Shown here: positions 14,079-26,600 of the stretch, in pieces
Numbering within the stretch: position 1 is the stretch's first letter
Layout of the letters: each line of letters begins with the position of its first letter
DNA from: Tubiluchus corallicola
Taxonomy: Eukaryota; Animalia; Priapulida
Reading direction: 5' to 3'
Length of the DNA stretch: 64,000 nucleotides
Assembly (NCBI GenBank): GCA_030141605.1
Contig: JAQGDQ010000092.1
Coordinates: 124,001 to 188,000 of the forward strand
The notes under the pieces: model-generated
Databases searched by the model: none
Told to the model about the DNA's origin: nothing
Seen by the model: the letters and a program-made list of their open reading frames with translations, nothing else
Program-made: the position numbers and the translations under genes

Positions 14079-14135
14079 ATTGGCTGTAAATATTTCGCGT
14101 TCCTTCGGACTTTTGTGTCGTAGACTTCTCGCATA
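14079..14135 (+). promoter_or_regulatory. Putative RNF8 promoter region
   Basis: CpG-rich patch with reverse CCAAT (ATTGG, 14079) and E2F-like TTTCGCG (14093); a candidate non-coding exon donor (gtaagc at 14369) and acceptor (ag at 14651-14652) lie downstream. Confidence 0.35.
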
Positions 14136-14672
14136 ATAAACTAGTTTAATTTGACGATGTGTTTTCTGGTTTTCGCTACGAGCCTTCTGAGAGAAACAAA
14201 ACAGCAAATTTTGTCGCAGTCGCCAGGATCCCTGGTGACTCAGTGGACAGTTATTTATCCTAGCAATGATGACAGAGCAGATGGACGAACTTATCAAGCT
14301 CCAGATGATCAGGTGATCTCTCAGTTATTTTTTTTTGGTCAACGACTGCCAGTTAACTCTGTACCCCCGTAAGCTCCTAGGAAAAGATTATGACGTAACT
14401 CCGTGTATATTCACTGGAATAAATCAGTATAGCCTAGGCCTATTTATTTCCAAGCATAAAATGTTTATCATTGCTGTAGATAAAAAGTTACAGAATGGCT
14501 TGGTTAGCTTTGTCATTGCTAATGATTTTTATTTTGTTTTAGTTGTCCTGTTGGATGTATTGTAGTACATCCTTTCTTGTAAGGTGCCAGCAATCATACA
14601 TGAGTCGCAAAGAAAAACAGAAGAAATTCTGATTACCCGTTCTTTTATGTAGATGGCAGTACTAGTCTTAAA

Positions 14673-17600
14673 ATGGCATCTCCTAGCGAAGAATTTGAAG
14701 TTTGTTTACTAAGATGCGACGAAAATGCAAGGAAAAACAAATGCATACGGTTAAAGCCAGGACTTTCAGAAGTTAGTAGTCTAACTCGTGTTTTAGTTTT
14801 GCAGCCTATACATTTATTTTAGGCCATGATTATTTCAGAAAAGAAACCATGGTTAAAACCTGCATTCAATCAATTGCGCGGCCTGCCGTTAATGCGATTG
14901 GTGTTGTTCATATATATTGCTGTTTCTTTCCGATACGACACTAATTTAACTTTGGGTAGTGATTTGATACGATCCGATATTGTAAAAAAATCCCGATGTA
15001 ATATTTCCGAGTTTCTTCATTTTTGCTAGTGATAGTCACTGATATAATGCAATTTAGTTTAGTGATAAACAGCCTGGCGAGCCTGCACAGAGCAGACTTA
15101 TGCTTTTTGTGGCACCATTATAAGTTATGGCATGGGTTTAATAAGCATTGACTACGAGCCACATGCATCTAGAGGTTGACTAAAGAAAATTTATGGGCGC
15201 TATTACACTTTCGCACCGCCTAGCTTTTCCTGGCCTATTGGTTGTTTTCACGCCTGCAGGCCAGAAAGCAGACCAACAGGCGTAATATACACCATATTCC
15301 CATAATATTATTGCTGCGTACGCTTTATAAGTCCAGATTAAAATCATGCATTACTTACCTACAGCCGCCATTAAAAGCTGCACGTGAATAACCGTGTTTA
15401 CATCACTGATGCGCAATCGCTCTCGCGCAGTGACATGTGGCCCTTAACCTGTATTTTTAGTTTTTTCGCATAATTTATGATTATTAGGGTTGCAGCTACG
15501 AGAGTTTGTATCGTATCGCGGGTGGGCCTGGAACGGAACAGTTATTTATCATTAATTTTATTTATTACTGTAGTATTATTACTCTTGGATTATAAAAAAA
15601 GTAAAGGTTTTTTCTTTATTTCGTAAATGCGGTGAAGATGAAAGTGTGTCACGTGCCTTTTAAGCTAGGCCCTGATAATGCATAAACTAGTACGAAATTC
15701 GTCACGTGACCACACACACAAACAAGATGGCGATACTGTGTCGAACTGTGAATACAGCGTAATTATTGGTAATTATGCCTAAATAAGATTAAATTACAAT
15801 TAGATTAGCGGAAACATTCACTGATGACGTAAGAATAATAGAATGATGAGTTACGAGCCTAAAAACGAGTAATAACCTATAAAAAGCTAGGCGGTGCGAA
15901 AGTGTAATAGCGCCAAATTTATGTGTTCGGTAATCGAAATTTAAGACTTGAGTGTAATATCAAGAGTAAACCAAAAGTTTAGCTAATCGTCTAGCAGCTT
16001 ATTGGGCGCCGAGTAACCCACTAGCCGAAGTAGGACAATTGGCGTACATGGGCTAGCCCAAGTAGGACGCGTCATACATGGGCTAGCCCAAATAGGACGC
16101 GTCGTAATAGGACGCGTGCCCAAGTAGGACACTAGAAACAGGTCGCAAATTTAGTTATTAAGCGTACGGTCCGTTGTCCTTGTTCATGATATAATAATAA
16201 TTAAAAACGTCAATATACGTTGAATAATTTATTATACAATTGATAAAATAAAAAAAAAATAATTCTGAGCTAGAAGAATTAATATTTGCCAATAGTAATC
16301 TTCTTTAAAGTGAAATAGCATACTTTTTAGGCGATCCAACATTTGTTTAAGGAATATCATTTTTTATTTTGTCTTGCTTAGCAGACAGGTGATTCTTTTC
16401 ACTCCCTCTTGGACAAATAATTGTTTTCTACTAAGTAAACGGGTTAGCGACATAGTTTCTCTCTTTAAAGCATTAGATACTTAGTTTACTGTTATGATGA
16501 TATTAATGGAGCTAATAATAGTGATGATATTGTTGTAAGAAATACATTTGTAAATTGTCAAAGACTATCCATCATTATTATAAAGTTACTTTTTTTCTAA
16601 AACAAATTTACTTTTATGTTTTTGTATGTCATAAATCTTGATTCTCGACAGAAATCGCTAGTGTCCTTCTTGGGCTGCCCATGTACGACACTGCTTTTAG
16701 CACATGGGTTTTACCGGAAGTGTCCTACTTCGGCTAGTGGGTTACTCGGCACCCTACACAGCTAATTAATTAAGGTGACTAAGCGGTGTATCTCAAGCTA
16801 AAGCCTACAGATGAAAGTAGCTATTAGCACTAATTCATTCGAAATAGTGACCGGTAGGGAAAGAATTTATTGCATGAGGTGGCAGGCCACACTCATGCCT
16901 AGACGTATGCATAATATTACCTATGCGTATAACTAGTAAACAGAATTGTTTCATTTAGTAAGCTAAGCATGTGAATGTTTAGCAAATGTGACGGTCCTAC
17001 AAGTAGGTCTGTATAGCGAACTTATGATCTTTGTTTGCCATTGTGTATGATTCGCCCAGCTGCACCTGAAGAATGTTTAGTTTTGTGTTTTCTTTTTTTA
17101 ATTAAACTTAGCTAAATTGCAATGAAAGTTGGTAGTTTAACAATGAGGTTGTAGTTTCATTAAGCTGAAATAATGAACATAATTCTGATTTCCAACTCTT
17201 TTTTTGTAAAATCTGCATTCCAAAATTCTGATTCAACTTTGTAAAATGGCAAGTGATGTGTATAATTTAATGCAGGCCGTATCTACAGTGTGCTCATCAG
17301 CTGTGGCTAGACAGGTCTGAGTGTTTGGCAATGGAGCATAGCAAGTTGAGGTCATCTGTGTTGGATGAACAGAAGAAATTGTATCAAATTTTCAAAATCA
17401 AATTGGCCTTAAGGAAGAAAATTTGAAGACATTTTGAATGATGCTACATTTGAACCATGGACCTTTGGATTACATCCTGTCCATGACAAATATATCACAT
17501 TGGCTCACAGGCTCATACGAAAACACTTGAGACGTAGTAAAATCTGACTTGTGTGGTTTTTTGCTTAGAGCTATTCAGGTTTATTTAGAGCTGCATTTAT

Positions 17601-20600
17601 AATAGTTTTATATTTTGCTTCTTATTAGTGTTAAACTATCCAAAAGAACGCATGGCCAAAACTTCGTTATATTTTGCTAGAAGCTCTAAGAAGATTCTCG
17701 CCGTGACATTTTACGAGAATCCAGAGAATCGAGGTCTGAATTATGTCTAGTTGAAGTATGATGAATTATAATAATTGAAATAGCAATCTCAGAAAATGTT
17801 TACTGATAACTTGACGTATCGGCCATTTCCAAACTTTGTACCCACTGCCTTGAGCTTGCTTTCTTGCTGGCTTGGCAACAAACATAAAACCGTACGAATT
17901 TTACGTGCAACTCTGAATGGAAAACGCAGTATGCCAAAGACACTTGGGAAGTAACTAAGTAAGCTCTCAAGCGCAATATGGTAGCTTGTGTTGTACTGTA
18001 AAGCAAAGAGAGAAAAAGTCAGATTAATGGCAGTATTTCTTTATTTTTTTAATAGTCGGGTAAAACCTGCACGAATATCGCAGGATTCTCGGTAGTAGGC
18101 ATTGGTGCGAATGCTTACTCAAATGGATTCCGGGTTCGTGTCTGGCCCTTGAATTGGATCTTTTAAGTTCCTTGGATTACTACATTGGTTTTTGGTTAAG
18201 CAGGTGAAATAATTCCATTTCTTACGTATATTGTGCTAGGTTACAGTTGGAAGAAATTTGGAAGCGCATTATTGCATTGTGTCACCAACAATATCACGAA
18301 GTCACTGCAAGTTTGTTCAACAAACTCCTGGAAAATGGGCTGTGATAGACAATAAAGTAAGACAAATTTACATATGACATAACACGGCTTGACTTGCCAT
18401 TGTTTCAATTTCAATCGTAGAATTTACCAACTGTTTGCAAGTAGATGGGTGTAAAATTAATAATGATATGCTAAAATGTCTAAGTTGCAACTGATTAGTT
18501 ACTGGAGGTGCATGTATTCTGTAAAATTCTGTTTCTGAAATGTGTGCACTGCACCGGTCAACTCCAACTGAAATATATGATAATGCTATTATATAACGTA
18601 AATAAAATATATTGTGTTATTGTAAATATATAACTTAATGTTAAAGTAAGCTCGTTATTATATAACGTAAATAAAATATATTGTGTTATTGTAAATATAT
18701 AAAGTATAATCTGAATAACTTAATGTTAAAGTAAGCTCTTGTATGTACTAAACTTTCAAATTTCTGGATGCTGTAAATGTCAATTACAACATAATTATTA
18801 TAATTATGTGCTTGCGTAGCAAAATTGTCCATAAGTCGGCAATTAAGCTTTTCTAATTATTCACATATCCTGAATCTCCATTTCGTGAGGATTATTTTGA
18901 AGCCAATTTTAGTACCCTATGTTATTTCTAAGCTGAGATAATCCACATTGAAGGTGATGTGCATACTAAGCGCTGTTAAAGTTAGCCATTGTTTTTTGTA
19001 GCGATTTTACAAAACACTTAGCATCCACAAAATGTTGGTTGCTACGGACTTTGTAAGAGCATATTGATATTATGTTTAAATCCAGTAGATGCTCTTCCAG
19101 GCGAAAATCTAGGCTTGGCAGCAGGAAAAAACCTGAAACAAAAGGACTGCTTCCACGAACAAATTTCGGAGCTTAAAAATACAAGTTTTATTACAATTGC
19201 GTACTAATTTCTAGTCATAAAATTAGATTTTTAGTATTTTTTGAACATTTGCTTGATAATTTGATGCTAGAATATAAAAGTCCAATATACTTAGCATTTG
19301 TTTTTATAAAAAAGGAAAAATTGACATTTGTCCAAATTTTTGGGGCATTCTGCTTTGAAGCATCAGCCGACTTAGGGACAGGTATGGTTTGCAAGTACAC
19401 AATTTTACTTTATTATTCTTGTTGTTACATTTTGAATTGTTTTTTTTCAAAGAGTTTGAATGGCGTGTTTGTTAATGATGTGAAGATAGAACCATTAAAA
19501 CTAATTCCACTATCAAATGGAGATATTGTGCAGTTGGGGGTGCCATTGAAGACTGGTGAAGCTGCTGAATTTACATATAAGTATTGTGTAAACACTAATG
19601 CAAAAAGGTTAGTAGTGTTGTGGTTCGGCTGCCTACAAATTTTAGTTTGATCATCTTCAAATATTAGCCAAGTTTTATTAACTGATGCTAAAACAGAGTA
19701 ATAAGTCGACAGGAAACATTCTGTTTGTGTTTAGTGTTGAGCTTAGAATTACTCACACAACAAGTAGTAACACTTTAATGTTGAATATGTATAATTTTAA
19801 AAATGATAAGCTAGTAACAGTGTTTTACTTTCATTTTAGAAGTTATCTATCTGTACTTAATTCTTCAAGCCAACATGAGGAACAGCCACAGAAGCGAATG
19901 CGAATAGAAACATCTGCACTAATGAAGCAGAAACTCAATGAACATGGAGCCATTATGAGTAGTAAAATTGCACATACGGAAAGTGAGGTAGAAATACACA
20001 TTTCATGTATACCAGCCCTGTGTTAGTAAGTTTAGGCATACTGATTGGGGTTTAATTTGGTAGCATTTGCTCACATTTGAAGGGTCAAGAAGCTCATAAG
20101 CTAGAACTCTGCAGCCTTTCATAAAATCACATAGTAAAAACAAATCAGAAGTTTGAGTTACATCTCTAATGTTGGAAATTCTTAGAAACCAACAAAGGTT
20201 TTTGATTTATTTGCTATCAAGTAGCTTCACACAGAGTTTGTGTTTTAAATTACAGTCATGAAAAGCATCAAACGGTTTAATGACATAAGTATTTTGAATT
20301 TTGAGGGCCTTTCTAAGTGAGTTTTTTTAAGTTTACCAATTTACTGTAATGTTTGATGATTTGCAACATTGATTAATCAGGTGTGCATTTATGTTTTTTG
20401 TACTCAAGCTTTGAGTTTAAATAGATAATCATTAACAATGAATTTTTCTTTGTTAATGTAGCGGATATTTAATAAGCATGGTGACATTTTAATATTTTTA
20501 GCTTGAAAGGATGAAAGCAATGTTGAAAGAAAAAGAGACAACAGAGGCTAAACTGCTACAAGAGTTAGAAGAGAAACAAAGAAAACTAGAAGAGCAAAGA

Positions 20601-23600
20601 GTGAGTATTTTAAAATCCATTTTACTTCAATGCAATTCCCCAGAAATGTTTCCTCTGTTACCGGTTTTTAAATGGAATCTCTAACAAAATCTCAAATCAA
20701 CAACTGTATGGAAAAACGACAGAAGAACTGTGAACAACACGAATAAAACTCATCACCTAAACCAAAGAAGACATATGCTCAAGTTCCCAATGACAGTCCA
20801 CTAGAAATAGCTCTTCGTATAACAACAAGACATCAAGCGGCCCTGAAAGAGGACATATTAGCTTAAAATTTCATGCAGAAGGTCTTGACTAAAACATTAA
20901 ATCTTAGAGATATCAAAATTTTAATCATTGCATAAAACAAAGTCCGATGACTCGAGGAGATGACTTGGATTATGTTTTGAATAATTTGAATTGAATATAA
21001 CATAACATTTAATTGCTGTTTAAAATTATTAACTCGGTAGCAGTCAGACATTCCCACAATGTACACATTAATTGGACAAAAATATAATATTTGGGGCGAT
21101 GGTTATAGCTGAATGCTCATTATGTGACCAAAGTTAAGCAATCCTGAGGCTGATCAGTAACTAAAAGGATGACTGGTTGGAAAACTGTCTGCCTCGGTTA
21201 TACGTTTCATTCAAACATGACTAAGCCATTTCTTTTGATTCATAATTGACCAGTAGATTGTCGAAATATAAATTTTGAAAAGTGATACTAAGCTGCGTGC
21301 TCTTTTAGTACATGTATTTTTTGTATTAGGCAAATCAGGAAGAGGAGAAACAGCGATTAGAAAAAGAGCTGCAGCAGAAACTTGAGGAACAGCTGAAGCA
21401 TAGAGAAGATGCTCTGCGCGATAGGCTTGCAGTAGAAAAGCAGTCCATCATGGATGAAAAAGAAAAGATTGAAAAGAAACTAGAAATGGAAATGATGTGT
21501 AAGCTAGATGAGAAAAAGCAAGATCTGAAAGCAGAGCTGCAGACTCGGATGGAGAAACTAGAGAAGGTTCATAACTGTTATTTTAGTTCATAGAAACGTG
21601 CTGTATGAGAAAAATACGTTGTTGCTTTTTAACAGGGCCACATTGACATTTGCGCATTTGACAATAACTTCTTGTGGTGTGTTACTAAAACATAATCCTG
21701 TAAATAAACAAATAGTAGTTTGTTTCTGAGTACTAATATTAAATAATAGTTTTATTTCTACACATGCACACACATGCGAGCACACATGCATGCGCTTATA
21801 TTTAGAAACCAGTTTTCACAAAAGACACAATACTGATCTACAGTATGCAGTCATTTTCTAAAAAGGCAGAACAATCAACTAAACATGTTTCATCAAGGAT
21901 ATACAGGTGATTTTGTATGGAAACATACCATACAGTACAGTATTGTGGAATGCACCTGGCTTCAGATGCCGGTTAACGTTACTTGTTGCGAAGCAACCCC
22001 AATCCCACATCTGTTAAACTTTTCTACAATGTTTCTGCATGTGAAATAAACAGACTTGGTGACTGCACTTAGTGCTGAGCTTGGACGGCAGTCTACCACC
22101 CTCCGTCCCTTGCATGAAAAACATAAGCGGTATTGTTCTGCCTTCCGTAGTAAGAGTTAAAGTACTTATAGAATTTCCTAGGAAATTATTGTAATGCAGA
22201 TCAATATAAAAATATTTTGTAAAATAAAGTAAAGTGTGATGTAATTATATGCTTATATAGTCAGTGTATGGTAATTTAGAATATTGCATTTCTGAAGACA
22301 TGATTTTGTTGTTGCATTTTCTTTATATTAAAGAATGTTTGTTATTTATCTGTATAGGAGCTGGCAAACAAAGAACTGAAGGAAAAAATGTTGGAGAAAG
22401 AACTATCCCAAACTAAAACTGAAAACTGTAAGCAACAAGAGCAGCTATTAAAAGTGAAGGAAGATATTCTGGAAAATTTTACTGATCTTATGGAGGCAGA
22501 ACTTCAGTGTAGCATTTGTGCAGAATTATTCATCGAGGTACCAACTATTCGTTATGATTTGATTTTGTTTGACTAAGTTTGATTTATCAGTGTAAAATGG
22601 GGTACTTTAATCAATAACTTTAGATCATTTATGGATTATTGATAGTTAGCAGTATCTGTTGAAATATTACTTTTATTAGTTGCAAGTCCAGTTTTGCTGT
22701 TAAAAATCAATAAACTGTATACCCCGTTTTACTCTAAAACATTTTATTCTTCCTAATGATATAGTAATAAGGATATAAATAGCGACAAGACCTGCCGGAT
22801 TGTAATTTCCTTTTTGTTTGTTCGAATTTTCGGGTTATTGGCACTTTTGTATAAATGTTTGAATAGCAGTTTTTGTGAATTGTTGATTATTTATTGTTGA
22901 TTGATGTTGATTCCTGATTGCAATGTTTGTCTGTGGCCAGCAAAATGATTCAGAAAAGTTACCTGCATTTGCGAAAACTTTCCTTCACGTACTTGACTTT
23001 TGCGCCACGTTGCTTGGTGTAGAAGTGAAGTCGAGAATTGCCACGTACAATGAATCTCCGATTTTTCCTAGGACACAAGCTGATGGTTGGGAAAAATTTC
23101 AGACATTTCATATTTGTATTTTGTGGGTGCTGTCGTTTGAAATATTGCTGAAACTTAATGTCATAACTTAGTCATTTTCACCATTCATTAATTGTTGATC
23201 GATTAACTGTTTTTTTTGCATTTTTTTGACATATGAAGTTTGAAAAAAATTCTTTAAACTTTTTAGGGTGTTCAAGCTAGGACTGCTTTGGGAAATGCAC
23301 AGAAAATTTTATACATTTCTTGACAGTATAGTGTAGGTTTTATTTCCCTTGGTGCATCAGTTGTAAATTTGCTTGAGCATAAAACTCATTATTTTTTCTG
23401 AATAAATAATTGTTTGATAATAGCAGGTAGATTAAATTTCCTTCTGGTGAATATCGTGGCTCCCATCTGTAACTGTGGTTTCATTCCAGAGTTGCAGAAA
23501 TCCATGATTTGTTTTGAGACCCTAATAAATTGTTATATCACTATTACTCTAGCTTATGATCACTGTCATTTCAAGGTGCTGTTATTTTAACTGTTAAGAT

Positions 23601-26600
23601 TAAGTTTTTACATTTACTTTTTCTTAGGCCACAACACTAGGCTGTTCTCACTCATTCTGTAACTCTTGTGTAGAGGAGTGGCTGCAACGTAACAACATTT
23701 GTCCAAACTGTCGTTGCGTAGTCACCACTAAAAGTCGTTCCATTGTTTTGGACAGTTACATTGACCAGATGGTGGAACATCTTAGTGATGACTTGAAGCA
23801 GCGAAGAAAGGATATTGTCGTTGCAAGAAAGGCAGGTTAGTGTTGATTAAAATTCCCATTTTACAAAACTAGCTGCATTATTGTTTAATCATACAAGTGA
23901 AATTTTCAAGCTTGTCGCTTTTATATTATGAATTAATTTTATACTGACCTTTACCTTTCTTTCTGTATTAATAAACTGCCACTTTTCAATTGGTATGTGC
24001 ATTCAAAGAGTTTAATACCTAAAAATCGATCTTTTCGTGCATCATTTTTCAAAGCTGCAATGGCTTACTGGTTTTAGGTTCGAGTCTTGGCAGAATAATT
24101 TAAAATTCTTCAAATTTAGTCTTTGTTATTCGGCTTGATTTATGTGTCTTTTATGTATATATGAAGGTTTTCTGTAGAGTCCAGCTCAGTGCTACTTATG
24201 TGTCACTGCCATTCAGATTGGTTTATGTATTACTTTAGTATGTGTGAAGGTTTAGTGTAGAGTCCAACCGGGGGCAGTGCCACTTGTGCTTTACTAAACC
24301 TGGTATTTTTAGCATATAAGTTGATGTAATAATATTGCTTCGGACCACATTCTCTGACTGATGGGAGTGGAAGTATTATGTTTCTGCCAAAACATTGTTT
24401 TTGCCTTACGAGGCCATTTATCACTTAGCAGTATATTTTTTAAGTTGTCCTTTTCTAATTTTGTTAAATTTAAATAAATTTAAAGGAGAGCTTTAAACAA
24501 GTTGAAAGATTCACTGAATAGATAAAGTCACTTTGCCTGATGCAAACATAAATTTGGAATTGGAACAGGCATAGACATGGGAATTCTTAGGCTGAGTGTT
24601 ATGCTAAACTGATTACTGTGTATAGTTAAACTTTTTGTAGGTCCTCAAAATCTTTAATCAATTCAGCAAGTAAATAAGCCAACACATTTAATTTGTTTGC
24701 ATTGATTGTAGAAAAGAAGAAGCAGAAAACACCAAAGAGCACAACTCCAAAAAAGAATGCCGTCCCCGTAGTAACAATTTCTGATAGCCCTCAAGCTGGT
24801 ACCTCCAGGGGTGCTGCGGTTGCTATTCCACAAGTGGCATCGACAATCACTGTGCACACTTCAGAACACAAAATGACAACGCGATCTAGGTCAGGTGCAT
24901 CTTCTTCTGCGATCACGGGTAAATTTTTGCTTTTGCTGACCTGCTCATAGTGATTTAATGTCAGACCAAAACTGATGTTTGTACATTCCTGTGTCCTTAA
25001 TATTCATGAATTTAAAGCTCATTTATTTTGTGCAGGCCGTGCACCTGAGCCAGTTCTTACTAGCTCTAGTGATGAAAGTGAGGACTGGAATTCTACCGAT
25101 GAATATGAGAATGAAAGTTCACTGGAGGGAGACCCCCAGGCTTATTATGGGGGCTATGGTTACTGTTTTAGATGTGGTAAGGGTTATTGGAGATTGTTTC
25201 ATTATACAGTAAGTCCTCGTTTAACGACTCCCCATTTTGCTATGTTTCGTTTTAACGACGCTGAATATTTGACACCTTTTTTCACTTAATGATGCACTAT
25301 TTCGTTTTAGCAACTATCTTTATTACCTTACTCAAAGCCAATTTCTATTTTATCAACAACTTTTTTACTAATTTGATGCACTAAAACAGCACATGTTGCA
25401 TTATTCTCTCCTAAAAGCGCACTTGTAATGTGAACAGTGCAATTACGCAAGTATACGTTTTTGCTTCCTGCCTGACCACTAAATGCTAGCCATGGGCGTC
25501 AAGCGAGATCTGGAATCAAACTTTATGCCAGGGAATTTTTCCTGCAACTTGTTGCTACAGCAGCCAGACTAAGTATCTAGATAAAATTCCCAAGGTTGTC
25601 CGTGGGCTTGGCTTTGACTCTGCTGCAGTGTTTATTATTTAACCTTACAGGTTAAAGGTTGTTTAGACTGAAAGGTTAACGAAAGAGAAACTGCTAGCTA
25701 GGTAAATAAGATGCATAGGTGGTTTGAAGTAAGCAGAAGGAAATTAGTCAGCAGAAACACGAGTAAAACTCAAAACGTTTCAGTTATATGATTTAAGCAC
25801 ATTGATTTTTGCCTCTGGAATGTATTTCAATTCTTTTACATCACTTTATGTGGAAGTTTAAGTTTCGTTTAATGACATTTCACTTAATGTCGTGTTTTGC
25901 TGGAACACAGCGTCATTAACCTAGGACATACTGTAGTTACTTTACATCATTATTATCAGTTAGTTACAATCATTTTGCTTGTTGTCATGCTTTTAATTTT
26001 CCTAAAGTTCCGTATGTTCATCCTTTCTATCATTGGTGTCAACAGTCTCCTCTTAATACTGTGATCTCTGCCTGGTTCCTCAGGTACCAATATTCAGCAT
26101 TTTTTTTATAAATGTCGATACTTTTTCACGAGTTTTTAACTATAGAAAATTCAGTTTCAAATTTGCCAGTTTTTTACGTCACCGCTTCAGACCAGTCATG
26201 TAACAAAAAATCGAAATTATGTAGCGTAATAATTATGACTGGGGCTTTAATGTTACGGTGTATGAAAATTGAAACAAATTACTTCATTTTCTGATATATT
26301 AGCACACTGTGAAGCACAAGGTGCGAATTCTGGACTACCTGAGAGTGGATTTTGGTTCGACTTCGTGCTTACCTTGCCCCTGCGAGTATTAATTGCCATC
26401 TCCATCCTGACTCCAAGTTGGTGAAAAACTGAGTCTGATCCGATTTAGGCAATATGTAATATTTTAAAGTGAAATACATTACCTTTGAAACTCAAAACCG
26501 AATTGATTTTTTTGTAAATAAGCTTTAGCAAGCTAATACAATCATGGAAAATGCTACAGTTCTGACTTATTATGTGCACAGCAGCCAGTAATTTGCATGA

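Noticed and set aside
24060-24100. tRNA-like B box GGTTCGAGTC (similar motifs near 18130 and 39887)
   Set aside because: No cloverleaf or matching acceptor stem; at most decayed SINE heads.
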